A stretch of DNA of 64,000 nucleotides from Veleropilina oligotropha (Eukaryota), in the NCBI GenBank assembly GCA_048128005.1, contig JBEUKZ010000062.1, positions 248,001-312,000 of the forward strand, read 5' to 3'. Every line of letters starts with the position of its first letter. Positions within the stretch are counted from its first letter, which is position 1. Under the pieces are notes generated by a model. That model saw only the letters and a program-made list of their open reading frames with translations, was not told where the DNA came from and made no database searches. A program made the translations under genes and the position numbers. Positions 29,301 to 43,312 of this stretch are shown here, piece after piece.

Positions 29301-32300
29301 GGGGAGCCTATGGGAAGTCATGGTTCATCTTTCACATGTGACCTTGACCTTTGACCTCAGTTGACCTACATTGCAGGATATGACCTAATTAAGGAAAAAT
29401 GCATACATGTGTGCCCATAGTGGTTGAAGTGAACTACTATTGATGTCTGTAGTCGACATATATCAAATTTACGTGATAAAAGCAGAAAACAGGAAGTGCC
29501 TCGGCGGCCATTAAAGCATTTGTTGCAAGTGGCAATATATCAAAACGGATGCACCGCAGACACATAGTTACTATGGGGAGCCTATGGGAAGTCATGGTTC
29601 ATCTTTCACATGTGACCTTGACCTTTGACCTCAGTTGACCTACATTGCAGTAAATGACCTAATTAAGAAAAACGCCCTATTTTTGCCAGAAAATGGTCAC
29701 GAAATGGCCAACTCGGTTAATATTGATGCTAGAGCTTAGATATTTTGAATGGAAATAATAAAAAAATTCGATCTAAAAAAAACAAAATGGCCGCCATATT
29801 TCCTTGAAAGGCCATACCTCGAGAACGACGTGTCGTACAGACCTGAAATTTACGGCATTCCATTCAGAGTGACCTATATATATATATATATATATAGTAA
29901 TATCATTTTATTCGAAAAAAATTTACGAAAAACTTTCAATTTTTTTTAAAAAATTTTAAAAAAATTTAAAAAAATCTAAAAAATTTAGAATATCCAGGAA
30001 TATAACTTGGAGCCCTATACAGCTGCTAGCAGCTTTAATTAGGGCTCCAAAAATTTTTTTTTGGAGACCTATTGTTTTTATATTTATTTTTATTATTAGG
30101 GCTCCAAAAATTTTTTTTTGGAGACCTATTGTTTTTATGTTTATTTTTATTATTCTTATTATTATTATTATTCTCCGGAAGTTGTACCAGTCCTAGCGCC
30201 TAAACTGCTATAGCTGCATAGTTGTAAGTCGCCATGTAGTTACCACTATAGCTGACTTGATGCACCGACTATTTTGAGTGACATGACCGCGTCGGTTTGT
30301 CGGCCATCTTGGATTACGTCATAAACTAGCCTCTTTTATAACTTTGTGAATATTTAACCTAGAGCGACATGATTAGTATATTCGGATGCCAGAGTCGCTT
30401 GTCAAAAATCTTATCAAAGCGGATTTTTGAATTTTTAATTTAACCGGCGGCCATAGTGAAATCAATTTAAAATGGCTATACCTTGGAAATGATGCAACGT
30501 AGACCCATGGTTACTATGGGGAGCCTATGGGAAGTCATGGGTGGGCTTTCGAAAATGACCTTGACCTTTGACCTCAGGTGACCTACATTGCAGGAAATGA
30601 CCTAATTAAGGAAAAATGCATACATGTGTGCCCATAGTGGTTGAAGTGAACTACTATTGATGTCTGTAGTCGACATTTATCAAATTTACGTGCTAAAATC
30701 GGAAAACAGGAAGTGCCTCGGCGGCCATTAAAGCATTTGTTTCAAGTGGCAATATATAAAAAAGGATGCACCGCAGACACATAGTTACTATGGGGAGCCT
30801 ATGGGAAGTCATGGTTCATCTTTAACATGTGACCTTGACCTTTGCCCTCAGTTGACCTACATTGCAGTAAATGACCTAATTAAGGAAAACGCCCTATTTT
30901 TGCCAGAAAATGGTCACGAAATGGCCAACTCGGTTAATATTGATGCTAGAGCTTAGATATTTTGAATGGAAATAATAAAAAAATTCGAAAAACTTTCAAT
31001 TTTTTTTAAAAAATTTAATTTTTTTTCAAAAATTTCAATTTTTTTTAGAATATCCAGGAATATAACTTGGAGCCCTATACAGCTGCTAGCAGCTTTAATT
31101 ATTCTTATTATTATTATTATTATTCTCCGGAAGTTGTATCAAGCCTAGCGCCTAAACTGCTATAGCTGCATAGCTGTAAGTTGCCATATAGTTACTACTA
31201 TAGCTGAATTGATGCATACAACTTTTTGAGTCACATGACCACGTCGGTTTGTCGGCCATCTTGGATTACGTCATAAACTAGCTTCTTTTATAACTTTCTT
31301 AATATTTAACCTAGAGCGACATGATTTATATATTCGGATGCCAAAGTCGCTTGTCTAAAATCTTATCAAAGCGGATTTTTGAATTTTTAATTTAACCGGC
31401 GGCCATACTGAAATCAATTTAAAATGGCTATACCTTGGAAATGATGCGACGTAGACCCATGGTTACTATGGGGAGCCTATGGGAAGTCATGGGTGGGCTT
31501 TCGAAAATGACCTTGACCTTTGACCTCAGGTGACCTACATTGCAGGAAATGACCTAATTAAGGAAAAATGCATACATGTGTGCCCATAGTGGTTGAAGTG
31601 AACTACTATTGATGTCTGTAGTCGACATTTATCAAATTTACGTGATAAAATCGATAAACAGGAAGTGCCCCGGCGGCCATTAAAGCATTTGTTTCAAGTG
31701 GCAATATATAAAAAAGGATGCACCGCAGACACATAGTTACTATGGGGAGCCTATGGGAAGTCATGGTTCATCTTTCACATGTGACCTTGACCTTTGACCT
31801 CAGTTGACCTACAATGCAGTAAATGACCTAATTAAGGAAAAATGCATACATGTGTGCCCATAGTGGTTGAAGTGAACTACTATTGATGTCTGTAGTTGAC
31901 ATTTATCAAATTTGCGTGATAAAATCGGAAAACAGGAAGTGCCTCGGCGGCCATTAAAGCATTTGTTTCAAGTGGCAATATATCAAAAAGGATGCACCGC
32001 TGACACATAGTTACTATGGGGAGCCTATGGGAAGTCATGGTTCATCTTTCACATGTGACCTTGACCTTTGACCTCAGTTGACCTACATTGCAGTAAATGA
32101 CCTAATTAAGAAAAACGCCCTATTTTTGCCAGGAAATGGTCACGAAATGGCCAACTCGGTTAATATTGATGCTAGAGCTTAGATATTTTGAATGGAAATA
32201 ATAAAAAAATTCGATCTAAAAACTTTCAATTTTTTTTTAAAAATTTCATTTTTTTTTTAAAAATGCTAAAAATTTTAGAATATCCAGGAATATAACTTGG

Positions 32301-35300
32301 AGCCCTATACAGCTGCTAGCAGCTTTAATTATTATTATTATTATAGTTCGGAAGTTGTGTCAAGCCTAGCGCCTAAACTGCTATAGCTGCATAGTTGTAA
32401 GTTGCCATATAGTTACTACTGTAGCTGAATTGAAGCATACAACTTTTTGAGTCACATGACCGCATCGGTATGTCGGCCATCTTGGATTACGTCATAAACT
32501 AGCTTCTTTTATAACTTTCTTAATATTTAACCTAGAGCGACATGATTAGTATATTCAGATGCCAAAGTCGCTTGTCAACAATCTTATCAAAGCGGATTTT
32601 TGAATTTTTAATTTAACCGGCGGCCATAGTGAAATCAATTTAAAATGGCTATATCTTGGAAATGATGCAACGTAGACCCATGGTTACTATGGGGAGCCTA
32701 TGGGAAGTCATGGGTGGGCTTTCGAAAATGACCTTGACCTTTGACCTCATGTGACCTACATTGCAGGAAATGACCTAATTAAGGAAAAATGCATACATGT
32801 GTGCCCATAGTGGTTGAAGTGAACTACTATTGATGTCTGTAGTCGACATTTATCAAATTTACGTGATAAAATCGAAAAACAGGAAGTGCCTCGGCGGCCA
32901 TTGAAGCATTTGTTTCAAGTGGCAATATATCAAAAAGGATGCACCGCAGACACATAGTTACTATGGGGAGCCTATGGGAAGTCATGGTTCATCTTTCACA
33001 TGTGAACTTGACCTTTGACCTCAGTTGACCTACATTGCAGGATATGACCTAATTAAGGAAAAATGCATACATGTGTGCCCATAGTGGTTGAAGTGAACTA
33101 CTATTGATGTCTGTAGTCGACATATATCAAATTTACGTGATAAAAGTGGAAAACAGGAAGTGCCTCGCCGGCCATTAAAGCATTTGTTTCAAGTGGCAAT
33201 ATATCAAAAAGGATGCACCGCAGACACATAGTTACTATGGGGAGCCTATGGGAAGTCATGGTTCATCTTTCACATGTGACCTTGACCTATGACCTCAGTT
33301 GACCTACATTGCAGTAAATGACCTAATTAAGGAAAACGCCCTATTTTTGCCAGAAAATGGTCACGAAATGGCCAACTCGGTTAATATTGATGCTAGAGCT
33401 TAGATATTTTGAATGGAAATAATAAAAAAAATCGATCTAAAAACTTTCAATTTTTTTTAAAAATTTAAAAAAAAATTAAAAAAATTCTAAAATATTTAGA
33501 ATATCCAGGAATATAACTTGGAGCCCTATACAGCTGCTAGCAGCTTTAATTATTATTATTATTCCTCGGAAGTTGTGTCGCGCCTAGCGCCTAAACTGCT
33601 ATAGCTGCATAGTTGTAAGTTGCCATATAGTTACTACTATAGCTGAATTGATGCATACAACTTTTTGAGTCACATGACCGCGTCGGTTTGTCGGCCATCT
33701 TGGATTACGTCATAAACTAGCTGCTTTTATAACTTTGTTAATATTTAACCTAGAGCGACATGATTTGTATATTCGGATGCCTGAGTCGCTTGTCTAAAAT
33801 CTTATCAAAGCGGATTTTTGAATTTTTAATTTGACCGGCGGCCATAGTGAAATCAATTTAAAATGGCTATATCTTGGAAATGATGCAACGTAGACCCATG
33901 GTTACTATGGGGAGCCTATGGGAAGTCATGGGTGGGCTTTCGAAAATGACTTTGACCTTTGACCTCAGGTGACCTACATTGCAGGAAATGACCTAATTAA
34001 GGAAAAATGCATACATGTGTGCCCATAGTGGTTGAATTGAACTACTATTGATGTCTGTAGTCGACATTTATCAAATTTACATGATAAAATCGAAAAACAG
34101 GAAGTGCCTCGGCGGCCATTAAAGCATTTGTTCCAAGTGGCAATATATCAAAAAGGATGCACCGCAGACACATAGTTACTATGGGGAGCCTATGGGAAGT
34201 CATGGTTCATCTTTCAAATGTGACCTTGACCTTTGACCTCAGTTGACCTACATTGCAGTAAATGACCTAATTAAGAAAAAAGCCCTATTTTTGCCAGAAA
34301 ATGGTCACGAAATGGCCAACTCGGTTAATATTGATGCTAGAGCTTAGATATTTTGAATGGAAATAATAAAAAAATTCGAAAAACTTGCAATTTTTTTTTA
34401 AAAATTTAAAAAAAATTCAAAAATTTCAATTTTTTTTAGAATATCCAGGAATGTAACTTGGAGCCCTATACAGCTGCTAGCAGCTTTAATTCTTATTATT
34501 ATTATTATTTTCCGAAAGTTGTGTCAGGCCTAGCGCCTAAACTGCTATAGCAGCATAGTTGTAAGTTGCCATATAGTTACTACTATAGCTGAATTGATGC
34601 ATACAACTTTTTGAGTCACATGACCACGTCGGTTTGTCGGCCATCTTGGATTACGTCATAAACTAGCTTCTTTTATAACTTTGTCAATATTTAACCTAGA
34701 GCGACATGATTTATATATTCGGATGCCTGAGTTGCTTGTCTAAAATCTTATCCAAGTGGATTTTTGAATTTTTAATTTAACCGGCGGCCATACTGAAATC
34801 AATTTAAAATGGCGATATCTTGGAAATGATGCAACGTAGACCCATGGTTACTATGGGGAGCCTATGGGAAGTCAAGGGTGGGCTTTCGAAAATGACCTTG
34901 ACCTTTGACCTCAGGTGACCTACATTGCAGGAAATGACCTAATTAAGGAAAAATGCATACATGTGTGCCCATAGTGGTTGAAGTGAACTACTATTGATGT
35001 CTGTAGTCGACATTTATCAAATTTACGTGATAAAATCGAAAAACAGGAAGTGCCTCGGCGGCCATTAAAGCATTTGTTTCAAGTGGCAATATATCAAAAA
35101 GGATGCACCACAGACACATAGTTACTATGGGGAGCCTATGGGAAGTCATGGTTCATCTTTCACATGTGACCTTGACCTTTGACCTCAGTTGACCTACATT
35201 GCAGGATATGACCTAATTAAGGAAAAATGCATACATGTGTGCCCATAGTGGTTGAAGTGAACTACTATTGATGTCTGTAGTCGACATATATCAAATTTAC

Positions 35301-37945
35301 GTGATAAAAGCAGAAAACAGGAAGTGCCTCGGCGGCCATTAAAGCATTTGTTGCAAGTGGCAATATATCAAAACGGATGCACTGCAGACACATAGTTACT
35401 ATGGGGAGCCTATGGGAAGTCATGGTTCATCTTTCACATGTGACCTTGACCTTTGACCTCAGTTGACCTACATTGCAGTAAATGACCTAATTAAGAAAAA
35501 CGCCCTATTTTTGCCAGAAAATGGTCACGAAATGGCCAACTCGGTTAATATTGATGCTAGAGCTTAGATATTTTGAATGGAAATAATAAAAAAATTCGAT
35601 CTAAAAAAAACAAAATGGCCGCCATATTTCCTTGAAAGGCCATACCTCGAGAACGACGTGTCGTACAGACCTGAAATTTACGGCATTCCATTCAGAGTGA
35701 CCTATATATATATATATATATAGTAATATCATTTTATTCGAAAAAAATTTACGAAAAACTTTCAATTTTTTTTTTAAAATTTTAAAAAAATTTAAAAAAA
35801 TCTAAAAAATTTAGAATATCCAGGAATATAACTTGGAGCCCTATACAGCTGCTAGCAGCTTTAATTATTATTATTATTCCTCGGAAGTTGTGTCGCGCCT
35901 AGCGCCTAAACTGCTATAGCTGCATAGTTGTAAGTTGCCATATAGTTACTACTATAGCTGAATTGATGCATACAACTTTTTGAGTCACATGACCGCGTCG
36001 GTTTGTCAGCCATCTTGGATTACGTCATAAACTAGCTGCTTTTATAACTTTGTTAATATTTAACCTAGAGCGACATGATTTGTATATTCGGATGCCTGAG
36101 TCGCTTGTCTAAAATCTTATCAAAGCGGATTTTTGAATTTTTAATTTGACCGGCGGCCATAGTGAAATCAATTTAAAATGGCTATATCTTGGAAATGATG
36201 CAACGTAGACCCATGGTTACTATGGGGAGCCTATGGGAAGTCATGGGTGGGCTTTCGAAAATGACTTTGACCTTTGACCTCAGGTGACCTACATTGCAGG
36301 AAATGACCTAATTAAGGAAAAATGCATACATGTGTGCCCATAGTGGTTGAATTGAACTACTATTGATGTCTGTAGTCGACATTTATCAAATTTACATGAT
36401 AAAATCGAAAAACAGGAAGTGCCTCGGCGGCCATTAAAGCATTTGTTCCAAGTGGCAATATATCAAAAAGGATGCACCGCAGACACATAGTTACTATGGG
36501 GAGCCTATGGGAAGTCATGGTTCATCTTTCAAATGTGACCTTGACCTTTGACCTCAGTTGACCTACATTGCAGTAAATGACCTAATTAAGAAAAAAGCCC
36601 TATTTTTGACAGAAAATGGTCACGAAATGGCCAACTCGGTTAATATTGATGCTAGAGCTTAGATATTTTGAATGGAAATAATAAAAAAATTCGAAAAACT
36701 TGCAATTTTTTTTTAAAAATTTAAAAAAAATTCAAAAATTTCAATTTTTTTTAGAATATCCAGGAATGTAACTTGGAGCCCTATACAGCTGCTAGCAGCT
36801 TTAATTCTTATTATTATTATTATTTTCCGAAAGTTGTGTCAGGCCTAGCGCCTAAACTGCTATAGCAGCATAGTTGTAAGTTGCCATATAGTTACTACTA
36901 TAGCTGAATTGATGCATACAACTTTTTGAGTCACATGACCACGTCGGTTTGTCGGCCATCTTGGATTACGTCATAAACTAGCTTCTTTTATAACTTTGTC
37001 AATATTTAACCTAGAGCGACATGATTTATATATTCGGATGCCTGAGTTGCTTGTCTAAAATCTTATCCAAGTGGATTTTTGAATTTTTAATTTAACCGGC
37101 GGCCATACTGAAATCAATTTAAAATGGCGATATCTTGGAAATGATGCAACGTAGACCCATGGTTACTATGGGGAGCCTATGGGAAGTCAAGGGTGGGCTT
37201 TCGAAAATGACCTTGACCTTTGACCTCAGGTGACCTACATTGCAGGAAATGACCTAATTAAGGAAAAATGCATACATGTGTGCCCATAGTGGTTGAAGTG
37301 AACTACTATTGATGTCTGTAGTCGACATTTATCAAATTTACGTGATAAAATCGAAAAATAGGAAGTGCCTCGGCGGCCATTAAAGCATTTGTTTCAAGTG
37401 GCAATATATCAAAAAGGATGCACCGCAGACACATAGTTACTATGGGGAGCCTATGGGAAGTCATGGTTCATCTTTCACATGTGACCTTGACCTTTGACCT
37501 CAGTTGACCTACATTGCAGGATATGACCTAATTAAGGAAAAATGCATACATGTGTGCCCATAGTGGTTGAAGTGAACTACTATTGATGTCTGTAGTCGAC
37601 ATTTATCAAATTTACGTGATAAAATCGAAAAATAGGAAGTGCCTCGGCGGCCATTAAAGCATTTGTTTCAAGTGGCAATATATCAAAAAGGATGCACCGC
37701 AGACACATAGTTACTATGGGGAGCCTATGGGAAGTCATGGTTCATCTTTCACATGTGACCTTGACCTTTGACCTCAGTTGACCTACATTGCAGTAAATGA
37801 CCTAATTAAGGAAAACGCCCTATTTTTTCCAGAAAATGGTCACGAAATGGCCAACTCGGTTAATATTGATGCTAGAGCTTAGATATTTTGAATGGAAATA
37901 ATAAAAAAATTCGATCTAAAAAACAAAATGGCCGCCATATTTCCT
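26368..37945 (+). repeat. Higher-order dimer (~2.3 kb) of two HINE body variants, interrupted at 30041-33550
   Basis: Variant A (TTTTCCGAAAGTTGTGTCAGG start, GGCGATATC, GAAGTCAAGG) is at about 26368, 28680, 34508 and 36823. Variant B (CCTCGGAAGTTGTGTCGCGCC start, AGCTGCTTTT, TTTGACCGG) is at about 27735, 33563 and 35878. Confidence 0.85.
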
Positions 37946-40259
37946 TGTGGCAGTCCTAGCGCCTAAACTGCTATAGCTGCATAGTTGTAAGTTGCCATAT
38001 AGTTACTACTATAGCTGAATTGATGCATACAACTTTTTGAGTCACATGACCGCGTCGGTTTGTCGGCCATCTTGGATTACGTCATAAACTAGCTTCTTTT
38101 ATAACTTTGTTAATATTTAACCTAGAGCGACATGATTTATATATTCAGATGCTAAAGTCGCTTGTCTAAAATCTTATCAAAGCGGATTTTGAATTTTTAA
38201 ATTAACCGGCGGCAATACTGAAATCAATTTCAAATGGCTATATCTTGGAAATTATGCAACGTAGACCCATGGTTACTATGGAGAGCCTATGGGAAGTCAT
38301 GGGTGGGCTTTCGAAAATGACCTTGACCTTTGACCTCAGGTGACCTACATTGCAGGAAATGACCTAATTAAGGAAAAATGCATACATGTGTGCCCATAGT
38401 GGTGGAAGTGAACTACTATTGATGTCTGTAGTCGACATTTATCAAATTTACGTGATAAAATCGAAAAACAGGAAGTGCCTCGGCGGCCATTAAAGCATTT
38501 GTTTCAAGTGGCAATATATCAAAAAGGATGCACCACAGACACATAGTTACTATGGGGAGCCTATGGGAAGTCATGGTTGATCTTTCACGTGACCTTGACC
38601 TTTGACCTCAGTTGACCTACATTGCAGGATATGACCTAATTAAGGAAGAATGCATACATGTGTGCCCATAGTGGTTGAAGTGAACTACTATTGATGTCTG
38701 TAGTCGACATTTATCGAATTTACGTGATAAAATCGAAAAATAGGAAGTGCCTCGGCGGCCATTAAAGCATTTGTTTCAAGTGGCAATATATCAAAAAGGA
38801 TGCACCGCAGACACATAGTTACTATGGGGAGCCTATGGGAAGTCATGGTTCATCTTTCACATGTGACCTTGACCTTTGACCTCAGTTGACTTACATTGCA
38901 GTAAATGACCTAATTAAGGAAAACGCCCTATTTTTGCCAGAAAATGGTCACGAAATGGCCAATTCGGTTAATATTGATGCTAGAGCTTAGATATTTTGAA
39001 TGGAAATAATAAAAAAATTCGATCTAAAAAGTTCAATTTTTTTTTTTTAAATTTAAAAAAAATTAAAAAAAATTCTAAAAAATTTAGAATATCCAGGAAT
39101 ATAACTTGGAGCCCTATACAGCTGCTAGCAGCTTTAATTATTATTATTATTATTATTATTCTTATTATTATTATTATTATTCCTCGGAACTTGTGGCAGT
39201 CCTAGCGCGTAAACTGCTATAGCTGCATAGTTGTAAGTTGCCATATAGTTACTACTATAGCTGAATTGATGCATACAACTTTTTGAGTCACATGACCGCG
39301 CCGGTTTGTCGGCCATCTTGGATTACGTCATAAACTAGCTTCTTTTATAACTTTCTTAATATTTAACCTAGAGCGACATGATTTATATATTCTGATGCCA
39401 AAGCCGCTTGTCTAAAATCTTATCAAAGCGGATTTTTGAATTTTTAATTTAACCGGCGGCCATAGTGAAATCAATTTAAAATGGCTATATCTTGGAAATG
39501 ATGCAACGTAGACCCATGGTTACTATGGGGAGCCTATGGGAAGTCATGGGTGGGCTTTCGAAAATGACCTTGACCTTTGACCTCAGGTGACCTACATTGC
39601 AGGAAATGACCTAATTAAGGAAAAATGCATACATGTGTGCCCATAGTGGTTGAAGTGAACTACTATTGATGTCTGTAGTCGACATTTATCAAATTTACGT
39701 GATAAAATCGAAAAACAGGAAGTGCCTCGGCGGCCATTAAAGCATTTGTTTCAAGTGGCAATATATCAAAAAGGATGCACCGCAGACACATAGTTACTAT
39801 GGGGAGCCTATGGGAAGTCATGGTTCATCTTTCACATGTGACCTTGACCTTTGACCTCAGTTGACCTACATTGCAGTAAATGACCTAATTAAGGAAAACG
39901 CCCTATTTTTGCCAGAAAAATGGTCACGAAATGGCCAACTCGGTTAATATTGATGCTAGAGCTTAGATATTTTGAATCGAAATAATAAACAAATTTGATC
40001 TAAAAAAACAAAATGGCCGCCATATTTCCTTGAAAGGCCATACCTCGACAACGACGTGTCGTACAGACCTGAAATTTACGGCATTCCATTCAGAGTGACC
40101 TATATATATATATATATAAATATCATTTTATTGGAAAATTTTTTACGAAAAACTCAATTTAAAAAAAAAAAATTAAATTTGTTTTTTTTAAATTCTAAAA
40201 AATTTAGAATATCCAGGAATATAACTTGGAGCCCTATACAGCTGCTAGCAGCTTTAATT

Positions 40260-43200
40260 ATTATTATTATTATTTAATACATTTATAATGCGCCTATTCT
40301 AGTGTAGCTCTAAGCGCAGTACAAACGATAACTAATATTACAGTACAATGTACACAAGAATATACAGGAGAGACAACAATGATACATACTATGAATGCAA
40401 TAAGCAATAATAATAATAAACAGAATATTTTTTTGTTGAGTTTTTTCAATTTTATTAATTTTTTTTTTACAAGCGCAATCAGACAAAGAGGTGAAGCAGC
40501 CCCTGCGTGAACTTCAACCAACTTTGAATGGTACATATGATGAATGCTATAAGCAATAACAATGAACAGATGAGAAGCAGTCATTACTGTCCTCCACTAC
40601 TACGATATCACCTGAATTGTTAGTGAGATTTGATCAGGTTGGCATATACATCAGCAAATAGGTGTGTTTTCAACGTCTTCCGAAAACTTGTCTGAGATGT
40701 GCTTTCCTTTACTTTAGATGGGAGTTTGTTCCAGAGTTTTGGGGCATTGTTGATAAATGCTCTATCGCCATATTTATTCATTGTTCTATTCTCTGTCAAC
40801 TGTTGTAATTGCTGCGACCTAAGTGCTCTAATAGGTCGATATTGAGCCAGAAGTTCAATAATATATCCAGGCGCTTTTCCTTGAAGAGAATTGTAAACGA
40901 ATGTAAGAATTTTGAAGATAATCCGTTTCTCAACAGGGAGCCAGTGTAGGCTATATAGCAGCGGGGTTGCATGGTCCCTTGGCTGGGCAAGTAAAATCAG
41001 CCTGGCTGCGGCATTCTGAACTTGCTGCAATCTGTTAATGAGGCTTGCGTTTATTCCGAAAAGTAAACTGTTGGCATAATCAAGGCGAGATATGACGTAT
41101 GCATGCACAAGAAGCTTCGTTGCATCTGGTTTTAAAAAACGACGGATTCGTCTGATGTTTCTTAGAAAGAATATGAGCATTTAACTTTATCAGAGACGAA
41201 TTTTTCCATCGACATAGTGTTGTCGAAGTAAGCACCCAAATTTCTTACAAATTCGCTGGAGTTTATTTCAGTTTCACCAACTTGTAGGTTTACATCTCGG
41301 ACCTTTGTGATGTTACTTCTTGAGCCAAATATAATAAACTCAGTTTTATCATCATTGAGTTTCAGCATGTTTGTGCACATCCAGTGTTTGATCTCTGAAA
41401 CACAGCTCTCCAATATGTCTAGGCTTGCCTTGAAGGAGCTTTTGGGATCAAATGCAACATATATTTGACTGTCATCTGCGTAGAAATGATAGGACAGATT
41501 ATATTTGGAGGCAATCTCTGCTACGGGTGTGACATACGTCGAAAACAGAATCGGACCTAAGACGGAACCTTGTGGCACACCGTAAGGGAGAGAGGCAGGG
41601 TCACATTTCATGCCGTTTATGACGACGGTTTGTTTTCGCTCATGTAGATATGACTTGATCCATGTAAGCGCTGATTGCTTGATTCCAAAGTAGGCATTCA
41701 GGCGGTTAAACATAATTTGGTGGTCAATTGTATCGAAAGCTGCACTCAGGTCAAGCAAGGCGAGAGCAACCATTGATTTCTGATGTAGAGATTGAAGTAT
41801 GTCATTCTGAACCTTTAAAAGGTCTGTTTCTGTGGAGTGAAACATGCGATACGCTGATTGGTATTTGTCCAAAAGCATGTGATTTTTCAAGTGATAATTT
41901 AATCGAATTGCTACAACACGTTCCACAAGTTTTGAAATAAAACTTAGATTAGAAACCGGTCGATAATTTTTCAGATTGTTTTGATCCAAATTGGCCTTTT
42001 TCAGTAAGGGCTTTACCAATGCGCTCTTGAAATTTTCTGGAACTTCTGCATTGGATAATGACATGTTGACAAGCCGCGTCAAAATTGGCAACAATTCATC
42101 TGAACATGCTTTCAGCATCCATGATGGTAGAGGGTCGAGTGGGCACGTAGATGATGATGACCGCATAATGATCGACCTAATTTCATCATTCGTTGCAACT
42201 TCAAACGTTAAGAGTTGAATGTCATTACGTTTCGAATCTAAAGATTCATAGATTTCATCGGTGGTTGATTGCATTTGCGATAACGAAATTGTGTTTCGTA
42301 TTTTGATTATTTCATCAACGAAGAAGTCGCTCAAAATAGTGGGAAGTGATTCCTCTTGATAATCAGTTGGCAGTGGAGTTGACTTATTCCATTGTAACAT
42401 ATCTTTGGTAACATTAAAGAGCTTCTTTTGATCATCTTTCGAGTTAATGACTTTGTTTGAGAAGAATTCGGTTTTAGCATCCGTGAGCAGATGGTTCACC
42501 AACTTGCACTGTTCCTTATATGCATCGTAATCGGTGAGTTTGCCAGACTTATTCCAGCGTCGTTCTAAGCGTCGTCGAATTACTTTAGCTTGGCGGAGGT
42601 TGGCATTGTACCATTGTGTATTTGGTCTTATGGTGACTGTTTTGGTGATCTCCGGGGCATGATTGTCAATGATGAGTTTAATATCATTGTTATATTTATC
42701 GACCAACTGTGACAGGTCCATTTCTTGTGGAACGAAGATATGCGATAATTCTGTTTTGAACTCAGTAATGTCGACATCTTTGAGTTTACAGTAGCAAATT
42801 TGTTTCGATTCAGGTGCTGGCCTTTCTATTTTCAATTCAAATGAGATTAGAAAGTGATACGATATCTGGCAATCCACAGTTTTCGTAATTAGTGGAAAAA
42901 TTGCGTTGTCTTGTGAAATGATCACACAGTCTAGTATGTGATTACTTTTATGCGTTGGCTCTTCCACAATTTGTTTGAGGCCGCACGATTCCAGTAAAGA
43001 GTTGAATTTAATCACATCTGGGTGTTCAACTTCATCCAAGTGTAGATTAACATCACCAGCAATTAAAATATGTTCGTTGGAGGCTGAGGCGTTTACCAAA
43101 AATTGTGAAAATTCATCTAGGAACTGCGCCGCGTTTTTTCCATGTGGGTCTGGTCTGTACACCGTCGAGATGCTAATTGATTTGCCTCTTATTGATAGAG

Positions 43201-43312
43201 TCGCTTCAATAACTTCGAAGGTATTGTACTTATCCGATGTTAATACCTTTATTTTGAGATTTGAGCGATGAAGAACAGCAACTCCATCTCCATTTCTGGT
43301 CTTTCTTGGAAT
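40260..43312 (-). mobile_element. 5'-truncated non-LTR retrotransposon, L2/CR1 group
   Basis: ORF2 with partial APE endonuclease and RT, ~345-nt 3' UTR, 3' end GCGCTTAGAGC...AGGCGCATTATAAAT and (TAA)n tail on the minus strand. Confidence 0.93.
40620..43312 (-). pseudogene. LINE ORF2 (AP endonuclease-reverse transcriptase), N-truncated, one frameshift near 41170
   Basis: EN motifs VYRP, IAGDVNLH, PTH..NHILD. RT motifs YRPVSNL, LLDLSAAFDTIDH, GVPQGSVLGP, YADD, LKLNDDKTE. C-terminal SRLDYANSLL, LHWLPV, GDRAF..AP.LWN.LP lie in the second frame (40620-41180). Confidence 0.93.

Larger units (their letters stand above)
1..40259 (+). mobile_element. Array of about 34 non-autonomous Helentron/HINE (DINE-1-like) element bodies, mostly 0.9-1.6 kb, separated by (ATT)n tracts
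   Basis: Units start after (ATT)n with ...AAGTTGTG...CTAGCGC or TCTGACG.... They end GGAGCCCTATACAGCTGCTAGCAGCTTTAATT. GGAGCCCT is the reverse complement of left-end AGGGCTCC, and AGCTGCTAGCAGCT is a perfect 14-bp palindrome. SubTIR + IR + microsatellite, internal tandem repeats, then subTIR + palindrome is the established HINE layout. No coding capacity. Confidence 0.8.

Noticed and set aside
1..40277. Short ORFs in the array (MNHVAF..., MEIIKKF..., MFLYLF..., poly-I/N)
   Set aside because: They recur with the repeat unit, are broken by indels between copies, and translate microsatellite or homopolymer sequence.
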